Of a stretch of 64,000 nt of DNA, positions 10,730 to 23,035 are shown one piece after another. Both the position numbers and the translations under genes were made by a program. The notes under the pieces were generated by a model. It worked only from the letters and a program-made list of their open reading frames with translations, was not told the origin of the DNA and did no database searches. The DNA is taken from NCBI RefSeq assembly GCF_964204645.1, contig NC_134032.1, forward strand, positions 2,566,175-2,630,174, given 5' to 3'. The stretch's first letter is position 1. Each line of letters opens with the position of its first letter. This stretch comes from Tubulanus polymorphus. Its lineage: Eukaryota; Animalia; Nemertea.

Positions 10730-11817
10730 CTCAGTAAGATATAAACGCTGTAATGCTGCTATAGGACGGTATAAATAAGATATATACCCCAGAAAGCTGC
10801 TATAAGGTTGTCAGTAAGATATATACCACAGAAAGTTGCTATAAGACTGTGTCAGTAAAATATATACCCCAGAAAGCTGTTATAAAACTGTGCCAGTAAG
10901 ATATATACCCCAGAAAGCTGCTATAAGACTGTGTCAGTAAGATATATACCCCAGAAAGCTGTTATAAGACTGTCCCAAACCAGAGTTGGACGTAGAACTT
11001 ATCAAATCGAGGACAAGACGGCTACAATCATAAAAGGTCTAACGCACTTTATTTTCGAGTGTGTGAAACGCACAGGTTACAGATACACAGTGAACACGAG
11101 CGTGTGGTTAACTGAAAAATACACAATTAAACCCTAAAAATTTGATAAATAATAATTCAAATTACGGAGAAAAAAGGCCTTGATAAATGCAATAAATAGT
11201 TGACATTTAGAAATGTATAATTTTAACTTAGAACTCTTTTTAGTTGTAGAGAGCCTATGTCTTTCCTCTAACAGAATACTGTGGCGAATGCCCAGAAGTA
11301 CAGTTGTACAGAGCAAACGTAAAGGAAAATTAAACCACCCATGAAACAGCTTACCTAAACTACACAATATCAGTTTCTATGAATTCAAACCACACAACAC
11401 AGCTCACCAACACTACATAATACCAGATTAATATGAATTCAAACCACACAAAACAGCTTACCAACAGCTTACCAATACTACCTAACAACAACATACTAAC
11501 ATAAAGCACGCAAAATAAAGATAAAGACCAAAAAAGATAATAAACTAAATTAACTGAAACTTAACAGACCTGAAAGAAAAACTGTTGCCAGTGGGCAACA
11601 AAGACTGTGTCAGTAAGATATATACCCTAGAAAGCTGTTATAAGACTGTGTCAGTAAGTTATATACCCCAGAAAGCTGCTATAAGACTGTGCCAGTAAGA
11701 TATATACCCCAGAAAGCTGCTATAAGACTGTGTCAGTAAGATATATACCCCGGAAAGCTGCTATAAGACTGTGCCAGTAAGATTTATACCCCAGAAAGCT
11801 GCTATAAGACTGTGTCA
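10730..11817 (+). repeat. 39-41 bp minisatellite array 2, split by an insertion
   Basis: Units at 10730-10973 and 11601-11817. Confidence 0.95.
10974..11600. mobile_element. 627-bp unclassified insertion with 8-bp target duplication
   Basis: AAGACTGT at 10966-10973 and 11601-11608. Absent from the duplicate array at 16407-17213. No TIRs seen. Confidence 0.7.
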
Positions 11818-12887
11818 TTTAGGAGCAATACAAGTTAAAATAGAGGATGTGTTTGACGAAGATCAAATTGAAATTTGTCCGTCGGTCCTATACTCGGTCG
11901 TCAGTCATCACTGGGTTCATCTCTAGTTTGGTGGAGATTACCAAACTGCAGGCATTTTACACAAAACAGAATCCGTTTATACGAATAGAAAAAAAGAAAA
12001 TGCATCGCCTTTATGTCCCCGAACAACAACTAAAAACAGCAAGCAACGTGATCACAACTGATGTAGAATTTATTAAACATTTAAGAAAGAGGAATAAAGT
12101 AAAAAGATAGCCCCCGGTGTGTACCAGTTTGTAACGTGGATTTTTTTTTTTGAATGTCCTTAAAGTGACGATGATTTTCTCGTCGATTTTATTGAAAATA
12201 TTCACGCATTAGCCTTAGGGTATCATTAACAAACCGACCAATCAAACCCACTGGGAACGAAACAGAGGTTGGATTTTGAAATCTGAAATCGATGTACAGT
12301 TTATGTTGTTGCAGGATCGGTCCAATTCACAGAACTTTTTGACAATCGTAAATTTCGTATCCAGTTCGTGTAAACAATCTTCCAACCAGCCTGAACCGGT
12401 CAGCGACTGATTGTGGTTTACATTATTAGCCAACATTGTGTTATCAATACTTAGTTTCACAGCGCTGTATTAAGCTAAATATGTAATGGTGATGGTGCGA
12501 ATTTTAAAAACCTTTAAGTCCGATTGCTACCTGATGAAGTTCAACTCAAATTCATGGTTTTATTACAATTTTATAATTCGCCACCTGGTGTTTTCGATGA
12601 GAACAGGAATTCAAACTTAACCGCTTTTTAGGTTTATACTTTTTCAGGAAACTGGACCCTGGGCCAAGGGCGCAGTCGTGGGGTTAGATTTAAGACCAAT
12701 TTTACACCTTAGTTCTATAATCAATCTAACAACTCAAGACCAGTCTATGACCTGGTCTAAAGATTTAATGCCACTTTTTTACTTATCGTATCGCCCCTTG
12801 TTAAAAATTTGGAGTAGCAAAATGTAAAGCTAATGGTGAAAAAAAACAAATTCGACGGTGAAAAAGCTCCTTTTTGCGGACCATAAA

Positions 12888-13902
12888 TCAAGCTTTGGCG
12901 GCCGAGCTAGCCGATGACTTATTGGTCGGCGGAGTTTGACACCTTAACATGTAGGACAACTGGTTTCTGAAATTCGGGTCGCGAATGCAGTAGATGTAAC
13001 CGTTGATCGCGTGTCCGATCACGTGCAGAAGTTGTGCCGACGAGTCGAACATGATCAGGGAGTGCAGGAGGCTCATGCAGGCTAACTTGATGTAATTGTA
13101 GAGATCCTGGACGAATAAATTCACGCAAAACGGTACGTTCAAAACCAGAAACGATACCGACACGGACATCAGGGTCACCGTCAGTTCTTTCTCTTTCGAC
13201 GCTTTGGTCGTCTTCGTGTCGGCGGTCATCTCCGAGGTGGACGCCGCCGCTCGCAACAGCGTCATCACGATCGCCGTGTTGAACAGAAACAGGCTCGGTA
13301 TCGGCAGATAGAATAATAAACTGTTGATGACGTGCGACCAGAAGTCGTACAGAGGCTCGCCTATGTGATTGCTCGACAAAGAGGCGAACAGGTCGCAGAT
13401 TTTGATGGTATCGTAAAACACGTAAGCCGGTCCTCCTCCTAGACAGGCCAGAACGAATATAGCCACGTGATTGCGATGGCTTTTTTCACCGTGCAGAATT
13501 CGGTAGCTTTAAACGGGAATAGCACGACGAACGCCCTCTCGGCGGGCATCGCTATGACCGTCCAGGTGCCCGCCGTATTCGCCTTGAACACCCAGGCTTG
13601 CATAAGTTTGCAAACGTACTCGTTTTCGTGGCCGTACGCCAAAACGGGTCGCATAAACAGGTAAACCGTGTCGACGGCCGCTATAGAGCACATGTACCAT
13701 GAGGCAGAGCTACGCAAGGCCTGACCCCGGGCGCCAACAGGGTCAGGACGTTCCCGACGATGCCGATTGCCGCAACGACGTAAATAGTGTAACGACCGAG
13801 GATATAAAACATGTTCACGTAGAACGGGTCGCACAGTAAATTCGTCTTTGCCATTTCGCAAAATTCTGCGCTGAACCCGCCGGCGCTCGCGTTCGTCATC
13901 AT
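12888..13902 (-). pseudogene. Intronless class A GPCR, family B, copy 1 (two 1-bp deletions)
   Basis: Motifs GIVGNVL, YMCSIAAVDT, MPAERAFVVLFPF, FLVLNVP and AINGYIY spread over three frames. Deletions near 13730 and 13467 relative to copy 2. Confidence 0.92.
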
Positions 13903-14069
13903 GGCTGGTCTCGAGAAAGTTTAGTTCTTCTAATTCTTAAGCAATCGCTGCAGCAATCGACTTCTTTCTAAAAAAAGATTGAGAAAAGAGAATGAAATTA
14001 ATTGTGTATGGAGAGATGGAATTGGTAGCTATCCGCGGATATTGGTGAGTCAGGTAACACCGACGATCA

Positions 14070-14155
14070 GCTTAGGGTTCAACGGGATTCGAACCAATTC
14101 GAGTCCAACTCCGCGTTACAAGGACCCAATGAGGTTCGAACCCCACCTCATCTGG
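14070..14155 (-). mobile_element. tRNA-derived SINE-like remnant (also at about 19422-19505)
   Basis: Minus-strand B box GGTTCGAATCCC. No complete cloverleaf. Confidence 0.4.
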
Positions 14156-14574
14156 TTTGAGAGTCTAGCATTTTTATTATCTCTACGACTTATCATTCTC
14201 ATCAATTCCTCTCGATGTAAATTCAACACGTCCATTTTTCTGATACCGCTGCGTGATACCGCTTAATGAACGATTGACTCAATCGAACTGGTGACAGTCA
14301 GCTCATTATCGTAAACTAACGAAATGCGAGCCGAATTGAGAGTGTTTAAAGAGACTCTTTTATTATACGAAATAATTCACCAGGTTCTGAATACTGTCTA
14401 AAAAGAGTCTACGTACTCAACACCAGCGATGTATACAAATTAGCGTAATTTTATGTTGCATTGAAACACTTAACTCTCAAGTTGGTTTTTACTACAGACC
14501 AGGATTCGACAAATCACGATGTAGATCACACATAAATTAATCTGTGGAACTGAGTGAAATTAACCCCGGACGAA

Positions 14575-14820
14575 TGTGGAACTGGATTCAATAGTCAAAT
14601 TAAACCCATAAAACTGTGGAACTGGATTCAAAAGTCAAATTAAACCCATAAACTGTGGAACTTGATTCAAAGTCAAATCAAACCCATAAAACTGTGGAAC
14701 TGGATTCAAAATCAAATCAAACCCATAAAACTGTGGAACTGGATTCAAAGTCAAATCAAACCTACACAACTGTTGAATTTAGATGCAGAGTCAAATTGAA
14801 CCCACACAACTGTGGAACTG
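14575..14820 (+). repeat. 39-40 bp minisatellite (TGTGGAACTGGATTCAAAGTCAAATCAAACCCATAAAAC)
   Basis: About 6 tandem units. Only one unit-like sequence occurs at the matching position (about 19915) of the duplicate. Confidence 0.92.
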
Positions 14821-14854
14821 GGTATCATGGGAACCATGTACCGGTATGTCTCCA

Positions 14855-14925
14855 CAGCCAACGTGTTTCGAACTAGAGACCTATTTGTTCCCAGTCCTCC
14901 ACTCAACAAACTGAGCTAACTGCAC
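14855..14925 (-). mobile_element. tRNA-derived SINE head or tRNA pseudogene
   Basis: Minus strand has A box TAGCTCAGTTTG and B box GTTCGAAAC at tRNA-like spacing. The stems pair poorly. Confidence 0.5.
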
Positions 14926-15297
14926 AGGACGATAAATGAGGGATATTTCGTACAATTCCACTTTAAGAGGTAGAAACAAAATGTGATATCAACTACTGTC
15001 TTATCCATGGATTATTTCATCAAGGCAGGAAGAAGTTATTGTCACGGAATTGACCGGTTTAGCTGGCTAATAATAGGCCTAATACGTCCGGCGATTAGTA
15101 ACGCAATAGGATGATTCATCTGATAATTTTTTCAATTCAAAAACCGAGAAACAAATTACGATAACAATAACTTTAACAAATAGATGAATAAAGACATCGA
15201 TACGCTAGTTTCTGTAATTGTCAAAATCGAAGTCAAACCGGTTCGTTTTCATTACTTTCTCCCATCGTTCGAGTGTAAAATCTGAATCCGAACGACG

Positions 15298-16257
15298 ATG
15301 AATTCTAGTAGCGATATCGCCGCGATCGGTCGACCTTACAACAGCTACATAATACTGATGTCCACGGTGAACGAGTCTGGTCGCACGCGTCTACTTTCGC
15401 TGGTATTGTTACCGATACTCTTCGCGTCGGGTGCGTTCGGGAACACGTGCACTTTGCTGATAGCCGGCAGCCAACAGTTCCGCGCTTTGTCCTATTCGAA
15501 TTATCTCATAATGTTGTCGGTTAGCGATATGCTCGTCTGCGTCGCTTTGGAGGCGATGCCGCTGTTGCATTTCTGGCTACGGGAACTCGGCTTCGGCGGC
15601 GTGCCTCTAAACAGCGCGGCCGCCTGCGCCGTCTATGAGGTCGTGTTCCTCGCGTCGTTCTGTAACAGTTCCTGGCTCGTCGTCGCTATATCGCTCGAGC
15701 GTCTGGCCGTCGTTTCGTTCCCGCTGTCGTCGCGCCTAATCTGCACAAAAACCTTCGCCCGAAGCGCCGTGGCTTGCGTCACGGTCGGCTGCTTCGCCGT
15801 GTCGTCGGGCTTCTTCTTCAGCATGCGTTTTACGGTATCGCTGGGTTGTTACACCGTACCGGGTCGGCACGACGAATACATGACCGCCGTCGGAAGTCTA
15901 TGCTACTTCGTGCCGCAGTTCCTGATCGCGGCGGCTAACACGGCCATCGTGGTTCTACTTTTCGCGCGTAAAGGCCCGCGCTCGACCGATAGGAAATCGG
16001 CCACCGCTACCCGCATGACCGTCATGCTGGTCACCGTATCCGTCGTTTTTACGGCTACGACTTTCCCGTCGATGATAATCTGGTTGCTAAACATGCTGGG
16101 AGTTCACGCGGTCGTGGACGAGAGAATGGTACAGGTCGCCTCGCGTCTACAAGCCCTTAACTACTGTATCAATTTCTACGTATATCTCCTACTGGGCAAA
16201 GACATGCGCGCGTGTTTTTGTCAAAATGTCTGTAAATGTTCAACGATTCGTCAGTAA
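15298..16257 (+). CDS. Intact intronless class A GPCR (FMRFamide-receptor-like, putative chemoreceptor), family A, 319 aa
   Basis: Seven hydrophobic segments. Motifs GAFGN (TM1), YLIMLSVSD (TM2), ISLERLAVVSFP (TM3), FTATTFP (TM6) and CINFYVY (TM7). Confidence 0.95.
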   Translation: MNSSSDIAAIGRPYNSYIILMSTVNESGRTRLLSLVLLPILFASGAFGNTCTLLIAGSQQFRALSYSNYLIMLSVSDMLVCVALEAMPLLHFWLRELGFGGVPLNSAAACAVYEVVFLASFCNSSWLVVAISLERLAVVSFPLSSRLICTKTFARSAVACVTVGCFAVSSGFFFSMRFTVSLGCYTVPGRHDEYMTAVGSLCYFVPQFLIAAANTAIVVLLFARKGPRSTDRKSATATRMTVMLVTVSVVFTATTFPSMIIWLLNMLGVHAVVDERMVQVASRLQALNYCINFYVYLLLGKDMRACFCQNVCKCSTIRQ

Positions 16258-16406
16258 TGTCGTTTACAATCAACACAAGACCGTAAATGCAGGTAGTGCG
16301 CAGGTACGTAGTGCATTCTATGGCCAAAAGATACCTTTTCGTCCACGGCCGTTTAGCGCAATTCGTCTAGATTACACTATAACTTATATATCGATAACCC
16401 AAAAAT

Positions 16407-17213
16407 TGTCAGTAAGTTATAGAAAGTTGCCATAAGACTGTCAGTAAGATATATACCCCAGAAAGCTGCTATTAGACTGTATCAGTAAGATATATACCTC
16501 AGAACGCTGCTATAAGACTGTATCAGTAAGATATATACCCCCGAAAGCTGCTATAAGACTGTATCAGTAAGATATATACCTCAGAAAGCTGCTGTAAGAC
16601 TGTCAGTAAGATATATACCCCAGAAAGCTGCTATAAGACTGTATCAGTAAGATATATACCCCCGAAAGCTGCTATAAGACTGTATCAGTAAGATATATAC
16701 CACAGAAAGCTGCTATAAGACTGTATCAGTAAGATATATACCTCAGAAAGCTGCTGTAAGACTGTCAGTAAGATATATATCCCAGAAAGCTGCTATTAGA
16801 CTGTACCAGTAAGATATATACTTCAGAAAGCTGCTGTAAGACTGTCAGTAAGATATATACCCCAGAAACTGCTATAAGTCTGCGTCAGTAAGATGTATAC
16901 CCCAGAAAACTGTTATTAGACCGTGCCAGTAAGATATAAACCCCAGAAAGCTGCTATAAGACTGTATCAGTAAGATATATACCCCAGAAAGCTGCTATAA
17001 GTCTGCGTCAGTAAGATGTATACCCCAGAAAACTGTTATTAGACCGTGCCAGTAAGATATATACCCCAGAAAGCTGCTATAAGACTGTATCAGTAAGATA
17101 TATACCCCAGAAAGCTGCTATTAGACTGTGCAAGTAAGATATATACCTCAGAAAGCTGCTATAAGACTGTCAGAAGGATATATACCCCAGAGAAATGCTA
17201 TAAGACTGTGTCA
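16407..17213 (+). repeat. 39-41 bp minisatellite array 3 (about 20 units)
   Basis: Direct tandem units starting about 150 bp after the GPCR stop codon. Confidence 0.97.
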
Positions 17214-18265
17214 TATAGGAGCAATAAGAGATAAAATAGAGGATGTTTTTGACGAAGATCAAATTGAAATCCATCGGCCAATTTCTCTGTCAATCAAATA
17301 CACGGTCGTCAGTCATCACTGGGTTCATCTCTACATTGGTGGAAATCACCAAACTGCGGGCATTTCACACAAAAACAGAATCCGTTTATCCGAATAGAAA
17401 AAAAAACTAAACAACTAAAAACAGCAAGCAACGTGAACACAACTGATCTAGAATTTATTAAACATTTAAGAAAGAGGAATAAGGTAAAAAGGCAGCCGCC
17501 AGTTTGTATCGTGGAGCATTTTGAATGTCCTTAAATTGACAAAGATTTTCGCCGATTTTATTGAAAATATTCTAGCAATAACCTTAGGGTATCATTAACA
17601 AACCGACAAATCAAACCCGCCGGGAACGAAACAGAGGTTGGATTTTGAAATCTGAAATCGATGTACAGTTTATGTTGTTGCAGGATCGGTCCAATTAACA
17701 GATTTTTTTGTTAATCGTAAATTTCGTATCCAGTTCGTGTAAACAATCTTCCAACCAGCCTGAACCGGTCAGCGACTGATTGTGGTTTACATTATTAGCC
17801 AACAGTGTGTCATCAATTCTTAGTACCGAAAAAAATATGTACAGTATTAAGCTAAATATGTAATGGTGATGGTGCGAATTTTAAAAACTTTTAAGTCCGA
17901 TTGCTACCTGATGAAGTTCAACTCAAATTCATGGTTTTATTACAATTTTATAATTCGCCACCTGGTTTTTCGATGAGAACAGGAATTCAAACTTAACCGC
18001 TTTTTAGGTTTATACATTTTCAGGAAACTGGACCCTGGGCCAAGGGCGCAGTCGTGGGGTTAGATTTAAGACCAATTTTACACCTTAGTTCTATAATCAA
18101 TCTAAAACTCAAGACCAGTCTATGACTTGGTCTTAAGATTTAAGACCACTTTTTTACTTATCGTATCGCCCCTTGTTAAAAATTTGGAGTCGCAAAATGT
18201 AAAGCTAATGGTGAAAAAAAAAAACAAATTCGACGATGAAAAAGCTCCTTTTTGAGGACCACAAC

Positions 18266-19260
18266 TCAAGCCCTGGCGGCCGAGCTAGCCGATGACTTAT
18301 TGGTCGTTAGAGTTTGACACCTTAACATGTAGGACAACTGGTTTCTGAAATTCGGGCTGTGAATGCAGTAGATGTAACCGTTGATCGCGTGTCCGATCAG
18401 GTGCAGAAGTTGTGCCGACGAGTCGAACATGATCAGGGAGTGCAGGAGGCTCGTGCAGGCTAACTTGATGTAATTGTAGAGATCCTGGACGAAGAAATTC
18501 ACGCAAAACGGTACGTTCAAAACCAGAAACGATACCGACACGGACATCAGCGTCACCGTCAGTTCTTTCTCTTTCGTGGCTGCGGTAATCTCCGAGGTGG
18601 ACGCCGCCGCTCACAGCAGCGTCATCACGATCGCCGTGTTGAACAGAAACAGGGTCGGTATCGGCAGATAGAATAGTAAATTGTTGATGACGTGCGACCA
18701 GAAGTCGTACAGAGGCTCCCCTATGTGATTGCTCGACAAACAGGCGAACTTGTCGCAGATTTTGATGGTATCCTAAAACACGTAAACCGGTCCTCCTCCT
18801 AGACAGGCCAGAACGAATATAGCCATCGTGATTGCGATGGCTTTTTTCACCGTGCAGAATTCGGTAGCTTTGAACGGGAATAGCACGACGAACGATCGGC
18901 GGTCATCGCTATGATCGTCCAGGTGCCCGCCATATTCGCGGTGAACAGCCAGGCTTGCATCAGTTTTCAAACGTTCTCGTTTTCGTGGCCGTACGCCAAA
19001 ACGGGTCGCATAAACAGGTAAACCGTGTCGACGGCCGCTATAGAGCACATGTACCACGAGGCAGAGCTACGCAAGGCCTGACCACCGGCCGCCAACAGGG
19101 CCAGGACGTTCCCGACGATGCCGATTGCCGCAACGACGTAAATAGCGTAAAGACCGAGGATGTAAAACATGTTCACGTAGAACGGGTTGCACAGTAAATT
19201 CGTCTTGGCCATTTAGCAAAATTCTGCGGTGAAACCGCCGGCGCTCGCGTTCGTCATCAT
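18266..19260 (-). pseudogene. Intronless class A GPCR, family B, copy 2 (multiple stops and indels)
   Basis: GAA>TAA near 19214, TGC>TGA at 18967, a deletion at the ER motif near 18895, TAC>TAG at 18773, and a shortened third intracellular loop. Confidence 0.92.
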
Positions 19261-22200
19261 GGCTGGTCTCGAGATAGTTTAGCTCTTCTTATTCTAAAGC
19301 TGCTGGAATCGACTTCGTTCTAAAAAAGATTGAGAAAAGAGAATGAAATTTTTCGTATACGGAGAGATGTAATTTGTAGCTATCCGCAGATATGGGTGAG
19401 TCATGTAACACTGACGGTCAGCCGCGGGTTCAACGGGATTCGAACCCATTCGAGTCCAACCCCGCGTAGCACGGGCTCAATGGGGTTCGACCCCACCTCA
19501 TCTGGTCAAGCATTTTGATTACCTCTACGACTAATCTTTCTCATCAATTCCTTGCGATGTGAATTCAACACGTCCATTTTTTGATACCGCTGTGTGATAC
19601 CGCTTTATGAACGCTTGACACAATCGAACCGGTGACAGTCAGCTCATTATCGTGATCTAACGAAACGCGAGCCGAATTGAGAGTGTTTAAAGAGACACTT
19701 TTATTATACGAAATAATTCACCAGGTTCTGAATACTGTCTAAAAAGAGTCTACGTACTCAACACCAGCGATGTATAAAAATTAGCGTAATTTTATGTTTC
19801 ATTGAAACACTTAACTCTCAAGTTGGTTTTTACTACAGACAAGGATTCGACAAATCACGATGTAGATCACACATAAATTAATCTGTGGAACTGAGTGAAA
19901 TTAACCCCAGACGAATGCGGAACTGGATTTAAAAGGCAAAATAAAGCTGCACAGCAGCGATAACGGGTTTCTGCCTAATTGGTTCATATGTCGAACTGGG
20001 AAGCGTACGAAGATTTCATCGAAATAATTCTAGCCCATAACATATGACTATTGCCAAGAAGCGCAACCTGGGTCAACATTATGCTGGATATGTGGATATA
20101 AGGAGTCGATTTGTCAAAGCATCGAAGCAATACAGTCCAACTTGTTTATGTCTCAGATGGAGCGCGCGGGACAGGGCCGTCATTATACTAGTGACTTATC
20201 CAAATTACACCTTCACAGCGCAAAGTCTTTCAGTGTGTAAACTCCGTCGTACTCGGCATTAAAGGACAGTGAGGAATTGAATTTTAGCCACCTAAGCCCT
20301 TGGCTTCATTCGGGCAAAAGACCTCAAATGACTTCACAGAATTTGATTATGAGTCTAGGACTTTCTTAATTTTTGAAAAATGCTTTCTCTGGTTTTGAGA
20401 GCAATTAAATTCACTCCTGAATACATAAGTAAAAAATTAGTCAAATAGATTCTTATTTTATTGAAAGAAATTCTACTGAACACAGATTTTGAAATGAATT
20501 ATTTTTCGATTGATCCAGACGAAATACTTACAGCTAAATCAACTGACGATCAACAAGGTGGAGTTTTCATTTATCTCCAGATAATTTGTCTACCCCTGAT
20601 GATACAAGCATTTTGGCGACATCTTTTGAAACCTCAACGCTTTATCTGTGCGCGTCAATTAGTCAGCCACAGTCGATTTTCATGCAATCTGACCTCTTTC
20701 CACCTGTAATTAAGCAATCTAATGTATGAATTACTCAGTTTTGTAATATAATGGAGCAGTGAAAGAAAGTATAATAAATATTTAAATCGTGCATTTGTCG
20801 TAAAACATCTATTACTACTGTCTCGCAGAGCATAGGCACCGACCGTTAAGCCATGTGGAATTGGTATTTTAAGGGCTATTCGGTTTACTCCAAAACAAGT
20901 CTCCGATAAACTTTTAAAAGCTTCATATCAAGGGTACATCGTAGGACTCTTGATGCTCGTGAAAATTCATCCCATAACAACAATGAATCCAATTCTGCAT
21001 GTATACTAGCACGACTGATTACTGAAATGAATATTTTAAACATGACGTTAGAAAGAAAACAAATTCACAAAACATCAAGTACTTACAGCATCTGAGACGC
21101 TGAAACGTACACTTGCACAATGCGGTTTAAATATATTCCCACCAGCTGCAAGAATTGGCAAAGGAATCGAAGACCGTAGTGACCAGTTCATTCCACGATT
21201 AATAGCTGGAAAGAAAGTTATCGTAATAAATTGGCGGATACATAAGTGTAAACCAGTCCCTTACTAACTACTAAGGCTTTCCAGTGGCTCAGTACACACT
21301 ACATTAAGGGCCTAGATCTATTCTAGGCGTATCCCCCCAAAAAGCTAGGCATTAGGCAAGTAGGTAGCCAACAATGATCATTGCTTTGCCGAGTACTCAT
21401 TTGCTATCATATGTACTCATATCATAGCACCACCAAGTGGAAAGGTAACCTTAACTGCATTTAGACCAAGAAATCATGTCTTACATTCCCTGGTTAGTGG
21501 ATTCTCAGCTCAAATTGCATAAACTCTGCTGTCGTTGTCATCGATCCGAGTCGTCAAGTGAACGCGGAAGTAAAATTCCATAAGAAAATCCCTACCATTC
21601 CTGGCCATATTACGTTGATTTGAGCCAGAAATCTTCAGGAAATGTAGCCAACGTAAATTGATTTACTAATAGAATTAATCTATTAGGATGTACTTTTATC
21701 AATGGATGACAATGCTTTGCGTTATTCTTGTCGCTGTTTAGACCCGGTAGTTATGCTGGATTAATTCATAATAGATTACTATACGCAAATTCGAAATGGT
21801 CTGGCGCTGAGTTATATTTCTGACAGAATATAAAATTACGTTTATAAGCTGTTGGTAGTCGAATCTGAGAGGAGTTACATTTTATGAAAAATTTCTGGCT
21901 GGAAAGTGGACCATTTAAAATAATAATAATCAACAGAAATACAAGAGGGTTTCTGCGAAAGTAGCAGAAACCCTAATGGAATTCAGAATAAAAGAACTTT
22001 TACTTCGTAATATTTCTAAAATTCAAAGCTAAGTTCACCCCAAACAAAACAGAAATAGAACCAGACATTAGATATTTTATCAGCAGACTTTCAGAAGTGA
22101 TCACGAAGACTGACACACTTGTGGTTCCAGAATACAGACAGTTACCAGCAATGCTGGACCCTCATTACTACAAAACTCACCTACCGACAACATCATCTCA

Positions 22201-23035
22201 GCTTTACCCGCAAAGAGACACATATACATTTATGCTGGGTAAGCATGACTAATTTACAAAAGTTACTTAGTTTTACCGCCAGTTTGCGCGTATTGAAAAG
22301 TTCCCCGAGGTTTTCTATTGTTGTTACCCCCCAATAGTGACGCGAGAAAAGGTGCGCTCTTTCATTCGCATATACATTCTAAAATAATACCCCCTTCGTT
22401 CAATTCAGTAATGTTCAAAATGTTCGGGCTGTAGGGTCCGAATGAGGGAACCAGAAAATCCACTTTCACAAAATATCGCCTGTATTCAACTCTATATTCA
22501 AATTGAAAATCTCACCTTCCAATTCAGACAGCCACGAGCGGGCAGGTGTTTGTTTGAAGTTGTTTATATTATAATCAGTTGAACACGCGTGTATAGCGTT
22601 TTCGTAGATAGATTATAATTGTCAGAGGAAAGAGGCTTATTTTTGATAGTCTGTATTCATTGTTTAGGTCCACTATCTTCTTTTTATGTATTCTATTTTG
22701 GGATAGATTATTCCAGGCGATTGTCATACTTATTAACGATTTAGTTCGGCGATAAGTTCAGGCAATCGGATTTTAGAAATTTAAACAATACCAGCTGTGA
22801 AGATGTGTTGGACCAATCTGACTGAAACACCTTGCACCTTTCATACCTACGCATTCCTAGATATGGGAGAGTGTTGAAAGTTTTAGGAAAAAGCCAATGA
22901 AATTTGTATTCATATATGACGTGATCAGTTAAAAACCAATCAGATTTTTAAAGGCGGATCCAGTTTTTAGGATACATTATGAGTATTTGGTGTCATCCGC
23001 AGCATTCACCTGAGAATTTCATCTCACACGAGATC

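Larger units (their letters stand above)
9533..14595 (+). repeat. Segmental duplication unit 1 (convergent GPCR-A/GPCR-B pair), repeated at about 15229-19935
   Basis: Colinear near-identity of both genes, the minisatellite, the intergenic DNA and the GPCR-B upstream region. Confidence 0.95.

Noticed and set aside
14855-14925. Functional tRNA gene
   Set aside because: A and B boxes are present but the acceptor and anticodon stems do not pair convincingly. Treated as a SINE head.
15298-16257. Assigning a specific receptor symbol such as FMRFaR
   Set aside because: The motifs place it only in the broad peptide-receptor-like expansion. Orthology cannot be established by eye.
16407-17213. CRISPR-like array of regular 40-bp repeats
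   Set aside because: Units are head-to-tail with no unique spacers, there are no cas genes, and the context is eukaryotic.
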